From Mobula hypostoma (Eukaryota): 64,000 bases of DNA. The notes below the pieces were generated by a model. That model saw only the letters and a list, made by a program, of their open reading frames with translations, did no database searches and was not told where the DNA came from. The DNA is taken from positions 81,408,001 to 81,472,000 of the forward strand of contig NC_086097.1 of assembly GCF_963921235.1 (NCBI RefSeq). Reading direction: 5' to 3'. Of this stretch, positions 13,516 to 26,336 are shown piece after piece (within the stretch, counting starts at the first letter, position 1; each line of letters begins with the position of its first letter). The position numbers and the translations under genes are program-made.

Positions 13516-16467
13516 TTAGCGGAAGTTAGAGAAGTCGATGTTCATGACATCAGGTTGGAGGCTACCCAGACGGAATATAAGGTGTTGTTCCTCCAACCTG
13601 AGTGTGGTTTCATCTTTACAGTAGAGGAGGCTGTGGATAGACATGTCAGAATGGGAATGGGATGTGGAATTAAAATGTGTGGCCACTGGGAGATCCTGCT
13701 TTCTCTGGTGGACAGAGCGTAGATGTTCAGCAAAGCGGTCTCCCAGTCTGCGTCGGGTCTCGCCAATATATAAAAGGCCACATCGGGAGCACCGGACGCA
13801 GTATATCACCCCAGTCGACTCACAGGTGAAGTGTTGCCTCACCCGGAAGGACTGTTTGGGGCCCTGAATGGTGGTAAGGGAGGAAGTGTAAGGGCATGTG
13901 TAGCACTTGTTCCGCTTACACGGATTAGTGCCAGGAGGGAGATCAGTGGGGAGGGATGAGGGGGACGAATGGACAAGGGAGTTGAGTAGGGAGCGATCCC
14001 TGCGGAATGCAGAGAGAGAGGGGGAGGGAAAGATGTGCTTAGTGGTGAGATCCCATTGGAGGTGGCGGAAGTTATGGAGAATAATATGTTGGACCCGGAG
14101 GCTGGTGGGGTGGTAGGTGAGGACCAGGGGAACCCTATTCCAAGTGGGGTGGCGGGAGGATGGAGTGAGAGCAGATGTACGTGAAATGGGGGAGATGCGT
14201 TTAAGAGCAGAGTTGATAGTGGAGGAAGGGAAGCCCCTTTCTTTAAAAAAGGAAGACATCTCCCTCGTCCTAGAATGAAAAGCCTCATCCTGAGAGCAGA
14301 TGCGGTGGAGACGGAGGAATTGCGAGAAGGGGATGGCGTTTTTGCAAGAGACAGGGTGAGAAGAGGAATAGTCCAGATAGCTGTGAGAGTCAGTAGGCTT
14401 ATAGTAGACATCAGTGGATAAGCTGTCTCCAGAGACAGAGACAGAAAGATCTAGAAAGGGGAGGAAGGTGTCGGAAATGGACCAAGTAAACTTGAGGGCA
14501 GGGTGAAAGTTGGAGGCAAAGTTAATAAAGTCAACGAGTTCTGCATGCGTGCAGGAAGCAGCGCCAATGCAGTCGTCGATGTAGCGAAGGAAAAGTGGGG
14601 GACAGATACCAGAATAGGCACGGACCATAGATTGTTCCACAAACCCAACAAAAAGGCAGGCATAGCTAGGACCCATACGGGTGCCCATAGCTACACCTTT
14701 AGTTTGGAGGAAGTGGGAGGAGCCAAAGGAGAAATTATTAAGAGTAAGGACTAATTCCGCTAGACGGAGCAGAGTAGTGGTAGAGGGGAACTGATTAGGT
14801 CTGGAATCCAAAAAGAAGCGTAGAGCTTTGAGACCTTCCTGATGGGGGATGGAAGTATATAAGGACTGGACATCCATGGTGAAAATAAAGCGGTGGGGGC
14901 CAGGGAACTTAAAATCATCGAATAGTTTAAGAGCGTGAGAAGTGTCATGAACATAGGTCAGAAGGGATTGAACAAGGGGTGATAAAACAGTGTCGAGGTA
15001 TGCAGAAACGAGTTCGGTGGGGCAGGAGCAAGCTGAGACAATAGGTCGGCCAGGACAGGCAGGTTTGTGGATCTTGGTTAGGAGGTAGAAATGGGAAGTG
15101 CGGGGTGTGGGAACTATAAGGTTGGTAGCAGTGGATGGGAGATCCACTGAGCGGATAAAGTTGGTGATGGTGTGGGAGACAATGGCCTGGTGCTCCTTAG
15201 TGGGGTCACGATCGAGGGGTAAATAAGAGGAGGTATCCGCGAGTTGTCGCTGTGCCTCGGCAAGGTAGAGGTCAGTACACCAGACTACAACAGCACCCCC
15301 CTTATCGGTGGGTTTAATAATAAGGTTAGAATTAGTGCAGAGGGAGTGGAGAGCAGAGCGTTCGAAAGGAGTGAGGTTGGAATGGGAACAAGGTGCGGTG
15401 AAGTCGAGACGGTTATGTCCCGTCGGCAATTAGCGATAAAGAGATCCAGAGCAGGCAGAAGACCAGAGCGGGGTGTCCATGAAGAAGAGGAGGGTTGAAG
15501 ATGAGAAAAGGGGTCATCGGTGGGGGTGGAAGAGTCCTTGCCGAAGAAGTAGGCTTGGAGATGGAGACGGCGGAAGAAAAGTTCCGCATCATGGCAAACA
15601 CGGAACTCGCTGAGGTGTGGGCGAAGGGGGACAAACGTGAGGCCCTTACTGAGAACAGAGCGTTCTGCCTCCGACAGTTGAAGGTCAGAGGGGATGGTAA
15701 AGACCCGGCACGGATGAGAGCTGGGATCAGAGGGGGGAGGGGGGAGGCTGGGGGTGTCAATGGAGAGGGGAGGGTTGGGGTGAGAGGAAGGTGGAGTCTC
15801 TGAGGGCCCAGGAGTTGACGGTGGGATCTGAGGAAGACGGGGCTGCAGAGTGGTGGTGGGGGAAGGGGAGACGGGAGTCACAATAGCAGCACATAAAGAC
15901 CCGGCCTGGAGTTCAAGGCTGGAGTCGCAGTTGGTGGTTGCGCAATCGCTGTGAAGCTGTCCATGGTCGTTGCTGGAGTCCGCGTTTTGAATATGCCCTG
16001 AGGTGTTGGAACCGGCGAGATCAATGGCAGGAGCCGCAATCTGAAGTTCATGCCTGCTAGTTTCAGGGCCAGCAGGCTCTGGAGTCTGTAGATGTAGGAT
16101 CTTGCGATCCTTGCCTAACATGACAAAGTCAAAAAAACGGCGATTGCAGGCGTGAATCCGATGGAGGATGAAATAACATGTAGGACCATTACAGACGGTG
16201 AAGAAAGTGTCCCGAAGGTGTGGAAGGGTCTGGGATAGGGACACCAAGTACCTCCTCATGGCGGAGAGAGTCACCTTCAGAGCTTGACAGGAGAAGCGGC
16301 AAGAGGCAGAGTCAATAAAATGTGAGTACCTGGGATCCTCAGAAGGTCCAAATTGAGAGGCTTGGAAACGAATCCTAAAGCCAACTGGAGTAAGTTGGCG
16401 ACGGAGGCACGTTCCAAGAAAGGATATATGGCTGTGATAGCGAGTCTGAGTCAAAGTGTGGTCGAAA
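13516..16467 (-). CDS. PLE polyprotein: N-terminal region, RT, Cys linker and GIY-YIG endonuclease (one frameshift near 15415)
   Basis: Motifs KPTDKGGAVVV, KIHK, GRPIVS, DVQSLYTSIP, GVAMG, RYIDD, the linker CKRNKCYTC and GVIYCVRCSRCGLLYIGET. The upstream part lies in ORF 15285-16571 (LSKGLTFVP..NCRRDI). Confidence 0.92.
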
Positions 16468-18264
16468 ACCTCACACTTATCTGGGTTGAACTCCATCTGC
16501 CACTTCTCAGCCCAGTTTTGCATCCTATCAATGTCCCGCTGAAACCTCTGACAGCCCTCCACACTATCCACAACACCCTTAACCTTCGTGTCATCAGTAA
16601 ATTTACTAACTCATCCCTCCACTTCCTCATCCAGGTCATTTATAAAAATCACAAGAGTAAGGGTCCCAGAGCAGATCCCTGAGGCACACCACTGGTCACC
16701 AACCTCCATGCAGAATATGACCCATCTACAACCATTCTTTGCCCTCTGTGGGCAAGCCAGTTCTCGATCCACAAAGCAATGTCCCCTTGGATCCCATGCC
16801 TCCTTACTTTCTCAATAAGTCTTGCATGGCGTACCTTGTCAAATGCCTTGCTGAAATCCATATACACTACATCTACGGCTCTACCTTCATCAATGTGCTT
16901 AGTCACATCCTCAAAAAATTCAATCAGGCTCGTAAGGCACGACCTGTCTTTGACAAAGCCATGCTGACTATTCCTAATCATATTATGCCTCTCCAAACGT
17001 TCATAAATCCTGCCTCTCAGGATCTTCTCCTTCAACTTACAAACCACTGAAGTAAGACTCACTGGTCTATAATTTCCTGGGCTATCTCTACTCCCTTTCT
17101 TGAATAAGGGAACAACATCCACAACCCTCCAATCCTCCGGAACCTCTCCCGTCCTCATTGATGAAACAACGATCATCGCCTGAGGCCCAGCAATCTCCTC
17201 CCTCGCTTCCCACAATAGCCTGGGGTACATCCCATCCAGTCCCGGTGACTTATCCAACTTGATGCTTTCTAAAAGCTCCAGCACATCCTCTTCCTTAATA
17301 TCTACACACTTAAGCTTTTCAGTCCACTGTAAGCCATCTCTACAATCGCCAAGATCCTTTTCTGTAGAGAATACTGAAGCAAAGTATTCATTAAGTACCT
17401 CTGCTATCTCCTTCGGTTCCATACACACTTCTTCACTGTCACACTTGATTGGTCCTATTCTCTTGTATCTTATCCTCTTGCTCTTCACATACTTGTGGAA
17501 TGCCTTGGCGTTTTCCTAAATCCTGTCTGCCAAGGCCTTCTCATGGCCCATTCTGGCTCTCCTAATTTCATTCTTAAGCTCCTTCCTGCTAGCCTTATAA
17601 TCTTATAGATCCCTATCATTACCTAGTTTTTTGAACCTTTGAAGCTTTTCTTTTCTTCTTGACTAGATTTACAACAGCCTTTGTACACCACGGTTTCTTT
17701 ACCCTACCATCCTTTCCCCGTCTCATTGGAATGCACCTATGCAGAACCCTACGCAAATATCCCCTGAACATTTGCAACATTTCTTCCATACGTTTCCCTG
17801 AGAACATCTGTTTCCAATTTATGCTTCCAGTTCCTGCCTGATTGCCTCATATTTCACCTTACTCCAATTAAATATTTCCCTAACTTGTCTGTTCCTATCC
17901 CTCTCCAGTGCTATGGTAGAGGAGACAGAGTTGTGATCACAAGGATGTACGAAATAAAGTCAATTCATTCATTCATTTTAAGCTTATTTGGCACAACATT
18001 GTGGGCCAAATGGCCGGTTCCTGCGCTGTACTGTACAGTGTTCTATCAGTAAGATTATATTAAATCTCAAGTGATCCACACACTCCTTTTCCTCAATAAC
18101 ACTTATAGCTATATTTAGGTTCCTGCTTCAAAGAGGCTAAGGTACCAATAAGCTGTCAGAATCAGTCAAAATGCATTCAAGAAGCTTCCATTTCTGCTCA
18201 TTTGAGCTTGGTGATGTTAACTGCAGTGCAATAGATCTCAATGCCAGAGAACTGGTAACATTCA

Positions 18265-19820
18265 GATCCCTGCTGCACCTGATGACCCTGTGATCTCTGT
18301 CTCAAAGGCTGATGTTAGGCTGTCTTTAAAGAAAGAGAAGGTCCCGATGGAGTACCTGGTAAGGCTCTGAAAACCTGTGCCAACCAACTAGCGGGAGTAT
18401 TCAAGGACATTTTCAACTTCCCACTGCTACGGGTGGAAGTTCCCACTCGGTTCAAAAAGGCAACAATTATACCAGTGCCTAAGAAGAATAATGTGAGCTG
18501 CTTTAATGACCATCACCTGCTAGCACTCACATCGACAGTGAATTCCTGCCTTAGCAAGCAGCTGGACCCATTGCAATATGCCTATCGCCACAATAGGTCA
18601 AGGGCACATGCAAACTCAATGGCTCTCCATATGGCTTTAGACCACCTGGACAACACAAGCACCTACGTCAAGATGCTGTTCATCGACTATAGCTCAGCAT
18701 TTAATACTATCATTCCCACAATCCTGACTGAGAAGCTGCAGAACCTGGGCCTCTGTACCTCCCTCTGCAATTGGATCCTCAACTTCCTAACCGGAATACC
18801 ACAATCTGTGCGGACTGGTGATAACATATCCTCCTCGCTGATGATCAACACTGGAGCACCCTAGGGGTGGGTGCTTAGCCCACTGCTCTACTCTCTGGCT
18901 CGGCTTAGTTCAAATACCATCTATAAATTTGCTGATACAACCATTGTTGGTAGAATCTCAGGTGGTGACGAGAGGGCGTACAGAAGTGAGATATGCCAAC
19001 TAGTGGAATGGTGCCATAGCAACAACCTGGCACTCAACGTCAGTAAGACAAAAGAACTGATTGTGGACTTCAGGAAGGGTAAGACAAAGGAACATGTACC
19101 AATCCTCATAGAGGGATCAGAAGTGGAGAGAGTGAACAATTTCAAGTTCCTGGGTGTCAAGATCTCTGAGGATTTAACCTGGTCCCAACATATTTATGTA
19201 GTTTTAAAGAAGGCAAGACAGCCACTGTACTTCATTAGGAGATTGAAGAGATTTGGCATGTCACCAAATACACTCAAAACCTTCTACAGAGGTACTATGG
19301 AGAGCATCTGACAGGCTGCATCACTGTCTGGTATTTGGGGGGTGGGGCACTACTGCACGGGACCGAAAGAAACTGCAGAGGGTTGTAAATCTTGTCGGCT
19401 CCATCTTGGGTACTAGCCTACAAAGTAACCAGGACATTTTCAGGGAGTGAAGTGTCAGAAAGGCAGTGTCCATTATTAAAGACCCCCAGCACCCAGGGTA
19501 TGCCCTTTTCTCACTGTTACCATCAGGTAGGAGGTACAGAAGCCTGAAGGCACACACTCAGCGATTCAGGAACAGCTTCTTCCCCTCTGCCATCCAATTT
19601 CTAAACAGATATTGAAACCTTGGACACGACCTCACTTTTTTTTCCAATACACGGTATTTCTGTTTTTTGCACGTTTTTTAAAATCTATTCAATATACATA
19701 TACTATAATTGATTTATTTATTTTTCTCTTCTAGATTATGTATTGCATTGAACTGCTTCTGCTAAGTTAACAAATTTCACATCACATGCCGGTGATAATA
19801 AACCTGATTCTGATTCTGAA
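18265..19820 (+). mobile_element. Rex1/Babar element, 5'-truncated
   Basis: ORFs 18433-18864 (MLFIDYSSAFNTIIP) and 18871-19311 (YKFAD, FKFLGVKISEDLTW). AATAAA and a (CTGATT)n tail at about 19797-19819. Confidence 0.93.
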
Positions 19821-20394
19821 TTCAATAAGTGTACTGAACAATATAATCAATGGACATCAGATGAACCTTTAGTCCATTCTGTTTAACTTCTTATCAAAGA
19901 AACATCTGTGAATATATCAATCTCAACAGCTACCTGAATGAAGCTTGTTGAGTTGCCATCTGTTGTGTATTTGCAACCTATCTTGGTACTTAGATAGTGC
20001 ATATATCATGATTCGACACTTTATGCTCTGAACATGTCTTTATTTCTTATTCCTGCTTCCACGCTCCCTCACATCATGTTGTTCTGCCCCAGACTGACGA
20101 TGTCATCACCAGACTTGACAAGTGTCAAGCTACATTAACTGACCTTACCATTTCAATTCACAACACCTTCTAACAACCTTTCCTCCTTATTCTGACATTT
20201 ATAATTTTAAGTTTCTATATTGCAATGAAACAAGAAAAAATAACTAACTCAAATAATAACACATGCAGTAAAACTTGACCATGAAATCCAGGACTAATAT
20301 TCATGACACTACAATAAGATTCGTGATACGAGTCCTCAAGTTACTCAAATAGATTATCAACCAAAATAATTAAAATAATCCTAGCCAGACATAC

Positions 20395-21170
20395 ACAGTA
20401 AACAGAAGGGATCTTAGAAGTACTGATATACAGAGGAATTTTGAAATGCAAGTTCATTGCTCTTTGAGAAAAGTCACTTAGTTGGATAGGGTAGTGAAAA
20501 AGACTTTTAGTTTGCCTGCCTTCATAGGTAGGAGTAGAGAGTCTTAGAGTTGCGGCAGCATATTGCAGCTGTACTTGACCTTGGTTAGGCCACACTTGAA
20601 ATCTTGTGTCCTGTTCTGGTCACCACATTATGGAAAGGATGTCATTCCTTTAGAAAGGGTGTAGAACAGCTTTACCAGGATGTTGACTGGAATGCAAGTC
20701 GTTAATTAAAAGAAAAAAACAGTACAGGTTGGAGATCGTCACAGTCAGGAGAATAGGAGCTGAGGGATGGCCTTACAGAGGTTTAAAAAATTACGAGGGG
20801 CTAAGATAAGTTAGGCAGTCATGATCTTTTACCCAGCAGGGACTCTAAAACTAGAGGAAATGTTAAAAGTGAGAGGAGATTTAGTTAAAGAAATGAGCAG
20901 CCACTATTTCCCACACAGAGAAAGATGGGTTAGTACTGCATAAGTGAACAGAGGAAGTGATAAAGGCAAGTACAATCACAGAAGTTAATAAGAAATTGGA
21001 TAGTTACTTGGATAGGAAAGGAATCAAGGGATATGGGGCAAATGTGGGTAAATGGGATTAGCAGAGATAGACATCCAGGCGCAGGTCGATGGCACTAGGC
21101 AGATTAATAATTCAGCATGGACTAGCTGGGCCTAAAGGCTGTTTCTGTGGTGTAGTGTTCTGTGATTGTA
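20395..21170 (+). mobile_element. Degraded CR1 3' region plus an additional CR1 tail
   Basis: ttggttaggccacacttgaaatcttgtgtcctgttctggtcaccacattat (LVRPHLE.CV.FWSPHY) and a CR1-type 3' UTR. Confidence 0.8.
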
Positions 21171-22051
21171 TGGCATCTTGGTCAGGATGAGTCGGGCCCA
21201 AAACATGACTGTGCGCTGCACATTTCTGTATAATTGACATTTGAGACACCAAAGGAAATTTAATCACATCACAATAGCGAAAAAATCAATTTGATTCTAA
21301 TCAAAATTGATAGAGCGCTTACTGGTAAAACATTGATATTAGAATTAGCTTCAGTTAGCTCTTGCCTCATAACTTCAATTCATTGCATTTTACCTCAAGG
21401 CCATTGTAATGATCTGCAGATCTTAGGCAAGTTCATTCTCAAACAGCAGTGGGCCAAGTTGCTGGGAAGGATTTTTAATTCTAAACTGAGCTGCTGGATT
21501 ATATGCCTTTATAGTATCAGGATGTGGGTACAAGCTCATAAATCTCAAGTTTCCCAGCCAGACTGCTGGTAATTTCTCAGCTATGCTCAGATCCATCAGT
21601 GAAGCAAAGCTTCAATTCTCCTGCAGCCACACTTGGGAATCTGTCCACTAACTCCACACCAGCTCTCTGCTCTGTGCATCCTGCAACTTGGTTCTGAGAC
21701 ACAAGGAGATTCAGATTTCTTTTGTAAATCGATTGTTGCTTCAAAGTTTTTGACTGTGTCAAAGACGTTCAAATATTTTAACTATTTTTTAAAGCTCTAA
21801 ACCTTCTTGAAGATTTTTTATTGGTTCATTGACATTGATTTTCTAATCTTTTTTGGAATCAGGGTCACTAGAATGCAAGCATGGTTCTTTGCCTGTTTCA
21901 CAAAATAGCTAGACAGGGTCTAGATTAATCAGGTGTCAAAGTTTCTTTCAGCTGAACTTTTTCTGGCCCAATTATGCAAGGGCATTACTCCAGGAAAGGA
22001 CAATGAAATCATGGATCAGGGAGCACTTACATCTTCACAACAGTCATACTA

Positions 22052-22280
22052 CAGGGCGGCACGGCAGCATAATAGCATACCGCAGCATAATGCCTGCAAC
22101 CCAGTTCAAATCATGCCGCTATTTATAAAGAGTTTGCATATTCTCCCTGTGACTGTGATGGTTTCTTCTGGGTACTCTGGTTTCCTCCACATCTCAAATA
22201 AGCAAACTGGTCACTTGCATGTAATTGGATGGCACGGGCTTGTTGGGCCAAAAGGGCCTGTTACTGTGCTGTATCTCTCG
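22052..22280 (+). mobile_element. V-domain SINE (degraded) with CR1-like tail
   Basis: gagtttgcatattctccctgtgactgtg..gggtactctggtttcctccaca is a V-domain-like core. Confidence 0.7.
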
Positions 22281-22288
22281 ATCAATAA

Positions 22289-22597
22289 GGCATCCATTAG
22301 TCTTGCGAGACCATGGATCTGCACCTGGAAAGTCTTCACTCTCCAGGGTGCAGGCCTGGGCAAGGTTGTATGGAAGACCAGCAGTTGCCCATGCTGCAAG
22401 TTTCCCCTCTCCAGGACACCAATGTTGTCCAAGGGAAGGGCATTAGGACCCATACAGCTTGGCACCAGTGTCGTCGCAGAGCAATGTGTGATTAAGTGCC
22501 TTGCTCAAGGACACAACACGTTGCCTCGGCTGGGGCTCGAACTCACGACCTTCAGATCGCCAGTCCAATGCCTTAACCACTTGGCCACGTGCCCACA
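22289..22597 (-). mobile_element. Full-length tRNA-derived SINE
   Basis: Head with A box TGGCCAAGTGG and B box GTTCGAGCC. Perfect 9-bp TSD GATCAATAA at 22280-22288 and 22598-22606. Confidence 0.9.
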
Positions 22598-22734
22598 GAT
22601 CAATAACAGAAGTACAAACTCAGCACCAGCACATGTATACCGCCAGCCATAAGTGCAGGAAGCTCACCTCTCACCACAGGTTCTGGCTTAATATTGAAGG
22701 GCAGTAAGGGCAGGATGAAAGCAGTAAACCTACT

Positions 22735-23685
22735 TGTAACACAGGAGGAACTCCAGCAGGTGAGGCAGCATCTACAGAAATGAATAAACAGTCGACGTTT
22801 CGAATCGGGATCCTTCCTCAGGACTGAAAAGGAAGGAGGAAGGTGCCAGAATAAAAAAGGTGGGAGGAGTGGAAGGAGAATAGCTAGAAAGTAATAGGTA
22901 AAGTCAGGTGGGTAGGGAAGGCCATGGGCAGGAGAAGAAGGAATTTGATAGGAGAGGAGAGTGGACCATAGGACGAATGGAAGAAGGAGGGGACTCATGG
23001 GGAAGTGATAGGAGGAGAGAAGAGGTAAAAGGTCAGACTGGGAAATAGAAGAAGAGGGAAGATGGAGGGATTTATTTTTACCAGGAGAAATCAATATTCA
23101 TGCCATCAGGTTGGAGACTATCCAGATGTAATATAAGGTGTTGCTCCTTCATCCTGAGAGTGGCCTCATTTTGGCACAAGAGGACACCATGAACTGAGGT
23201 GTCAGAGCTGGAATAGGAATTGGAATCAAAATGTTTGGCCATCGGGAACTTCTGCTCATGGCAGAAGGAGCGAAGGGTATTCAATGAAGCGGTCCCCCAA
23301 TTTTCAATGAGTCTCACCAATGTAGAAGAGACCACACTAGAAGCATCAGACACAATAGATGGCTCCAGCAGATTCACAGGTGAAGTGTTGCCTCATCTGG
23401 AAGGACTGTATGTGAGACGGTAGAAGTCGCAGAGAATGTTATGCAGGATGCAGAGGTTGATAGGGTGGTAGGCAAGGACAAGAGGAACTCTTATCTCTGT
23501 TAAAGCAGTGGGAAGTTGGAGTGAGTGTGGACATTAAGGAAATAGAAGAGATGCGGGTGAGGACGTCTCTGATGTTCTGGAACAGAAAGCATCATTCTGG
23601 GAACAGATACAGCAGAGGCAAAGGAACTGAGGAAAAGGAATAGCATTTTTAACAGGAGATAGGGCAAGAAGAGGTATAGCCAACA
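22735..23685 (-). mobile_element. Degraded Penelope-like element 3' part with pLTR
   Basis: ORF 23078-23377 (EATLRMKEQHLILHLDSLQPDGMNIDFS) is homologous to the C-terminus of 13516-15429. Confidence 0.88.
22789..22826 (-). ncRNA. Hammerhead ribozyme motif (pLTR copy)
   Basis: cagtc-CTGAGGA-aggatcccgattc-GAAA-CGTC^gactg. Core and stem I are intact, stem II is weakened. Confidence 0.65.
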
Positions 23686-25944
23686 GTCAATTTACTTGTA
23701 TCTGGGACTGCTCAATTCTGTCTCCAATATAATGATTCTTCATCTATCACCAATGCAATCAGACAGCTTCAACATCAATTTCCATTTTATTGCACTTAAC
23801 TTGCACTTTGTTCTTGGAAAATAACCTCTATTTTTTAAGTGATAGAGAGCAATTTTTTTGATTAAAAATAGCTTCCATTCTGTTGATTTTCTTTCACAAT
23901 GGCAATGAATGAAACAAACTCTTGCAATGATTCACTAATTCTGTCTTATTGCCACAGATAGACAATTCAAGAACTTATTCTGAGAACATCTTTTCAAATT
24001 ATTTGTGTAAAGCCAGGACTGGAATTCAGTTGTGAAAACTATTACATTTTTCTCACCTTGAATACTAATGGAAATCCACCACTTTAGGATCAGTGACAAG
24101 TTTAGATGTAACTAATGATATGACTGTTTTCCTTAAAATAAAGTCAAAAGCACTGTAATATAAAATGAACATTCAAAATTATGTTCTTTTCAATAACGAA
24201 AAAGCTCCATATACTGAGTTATAGTCATCACGTGGAAGTCAATTCAAACTGCAGAGACCAATTGTCCACATTATTATCTCCAAGGTACCATGATTCACGG
24301 CATCAAGTTTTTTTTTCACTTAAATGAATCAGTATTATTCCAAGCACTATATTTGAAGGAATGCGCAATGCATTCGGCTCATCTCTAATGCTTCATTATT
24401 CCCTGCTGATGTTTATCATTTATGATCATGCTGGGATAATGGCTAGATAACTGTGCAGCCGTACTGCAAGAACTATCACAAGGCAATAAATAGTATTATA
24501 AAAATCCAATAATATTTGAAAATACATGACATTCACATATCAATGAACAGAATATACTTAAGTAATTAATGAACTTGAGATATGCTATTGGTTTTCTACA
24601 GTTTTCACAATTGCAGATATCATATCCTGCTATTATTCAGCATGAAAGGAAGAGCAGGACAAGTCATTATTCTTCTTTAGAAAAGATAAAACAAGCAAGA
24701 CAATGCATCTTAATGGGTTTGATACTGTACTATAAATAACAAGAAAGTCAACAATCTACGGTAATATTTTAAAATGAAAGCAACTTCTGGACTAATCCCA
24801 TCTCCAGCTTAATCTGGGAGCTCCACTCAGGGCGCTTATCGCTTCCAGCAGTGCTCTGTTGGGATCTCATCAATAGAATCAGCTTTGCAATCCATGCAAT
24901 GGTGTAACATTGGTGCACTTACCCATTATGCATGCCAGAACACAAAATGGTAGAGCTGATACATTCAGTAACAAGTGAATTTTAATGACAATATCTCGAC
25001 TTTTCAAAGGAAGCACTCTGGTTCTGAGAATTTTCATCTTATTACTGTGAATTTCAGGCCATCAGGATTTAACTATCATTGGAGATTGGAAGATTTTTTT
25101 TCATTTACTTCATCTCTCTACTTTGTCTTTTAGTCCCTTCTTTATCATTTCAAAATTATTATTTGTTTACTTCTTGGTTCAGTCTTTTCATATTTGAATT
25201 CAGCCATAACCACAATCTCAGGCACTGTAGTTGATCAAACCACAAGGAATTCTTCACAGTTCAAAATGACAATCATGACATGAAATGGTTAGCAGCTATT
25301 ACAGCTTCTTTTAAAATGTGATTTCCCAAAACACATATACAACTGATTATGTATATCTGAATCGCTTGTTATCCAGGAAATGTGACAACCAATTTGTTTA
25401 ATCAGGCTTCCCAAGCAATCATGTACCCTATCTCAGGAATATAGGTTCAAGAATAAGTAACGATGACAAGACAGTGCTTTCTTTAACATCTGAGAGCACA
25501 GGACTACTTCAGAACTTCAGTTAGACGTCAGCACGACATGGGCATTAATCCACATGGGAACTGATGTGGTCATTGTGGAACTTGAACTCATTGCCTGAGA
25601 AGCAAGGGGACACCACACCCTTCAACACGTTATTTTAATTACTGATTTTGGCTAAATAATAGATACAATATTGTATACTTATATCTTCTGAACCTAAATT
25701 ATTAGCTCACTTTGGTGAACAGCAATGGCACTTCGCACATTATGCCAATTAGAATAAATACCATGCAGGAAGAACAATTTCAATCAAAATGGAAAAATGA
25801 TGTGATCCTAGAAAAAATGACACTCCTGGTAAAGCAAGGATTTAGCTCAATAGGTGCTGAAGCTGATTAACTCTTACATTTCTCACATATTCTTGCTGTG
25901 CCTGTTGTACATTAGCCAAATGCAGGATAGTTATTCAGGTTAGC

Positions 25945-26336
25945 TGCCACCTATCCCACTCACCCTGCTCAGAGTCCCTTTGTCCCAATCCCATCAAGGA
26001 GGAGGCTATGCAGCATCCATACCAGGACCATCATACTCAAAAAGTTATCTTCCCCAAGCAGTAAGGATGATCAACACCTCCACTCACTAACCCATCCATC
26101 CATACCCCCATTATTTCATGTCAGTCACCTTATGTACAGACACTCGTAGACATACTCCTTTTCTTGATATACAACATGTATATGCTATCTTATGTATTTA
26201 TATTAATTGTGTTTTTATATTGTTATTGTTTCCCTTATTGTGCTTGTGTTTTTGCACTGCATCCGATACCAAGTACCAATTACTTCATTCTCCTTTAAAC
26301 TTGTGTACTGGAAATGACACTAAACAATCTTGAATC
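25945..26336 (+). mobile_element. Rex1/Babar 3' fragment
   Basis: cccatcaaggaggaggctatgcagcatccataccaggacc matches the Rex C-terminal LPSGRR motif. Tail cttgaatc. Confidence 0.65.

Larger units (their letters stand above)
13118..16467 (-). mobile_element. Penelope-like element (probably Neptune group), 5'-truncated, with 3' pseudo-LTR
   Basis: RT plus GIY-YIG ORF, a purine/pyrimidine-skewed 3' UTR with a hammerhead motif, and a perfect 12-bp TSD ACCTCACACTTA at 13106-13117 and 16468-16479. Confidence 0.95.
12338..17940 (-). mobile_element. CR1 LINE, 5'-truncated, interrupted by a Penelope-like element
   Basis: RT ORF 16649-17488 and C-terminal pieces 12844-13117 and 12425-12787. Flanked by AAGGAT at 12332-12337 and 17941-17946. 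Confidence 0.95.

Noticed and set aside
22520..22597. Possible tRNA gene
   Set aside because: It is the head of a TSD-flanked SINE and has no proper acceptor stem.
21933..22652. 239-aa ORF
   Set aside because: It runs through two SINEs and is a chance open frame with no protein motifs.
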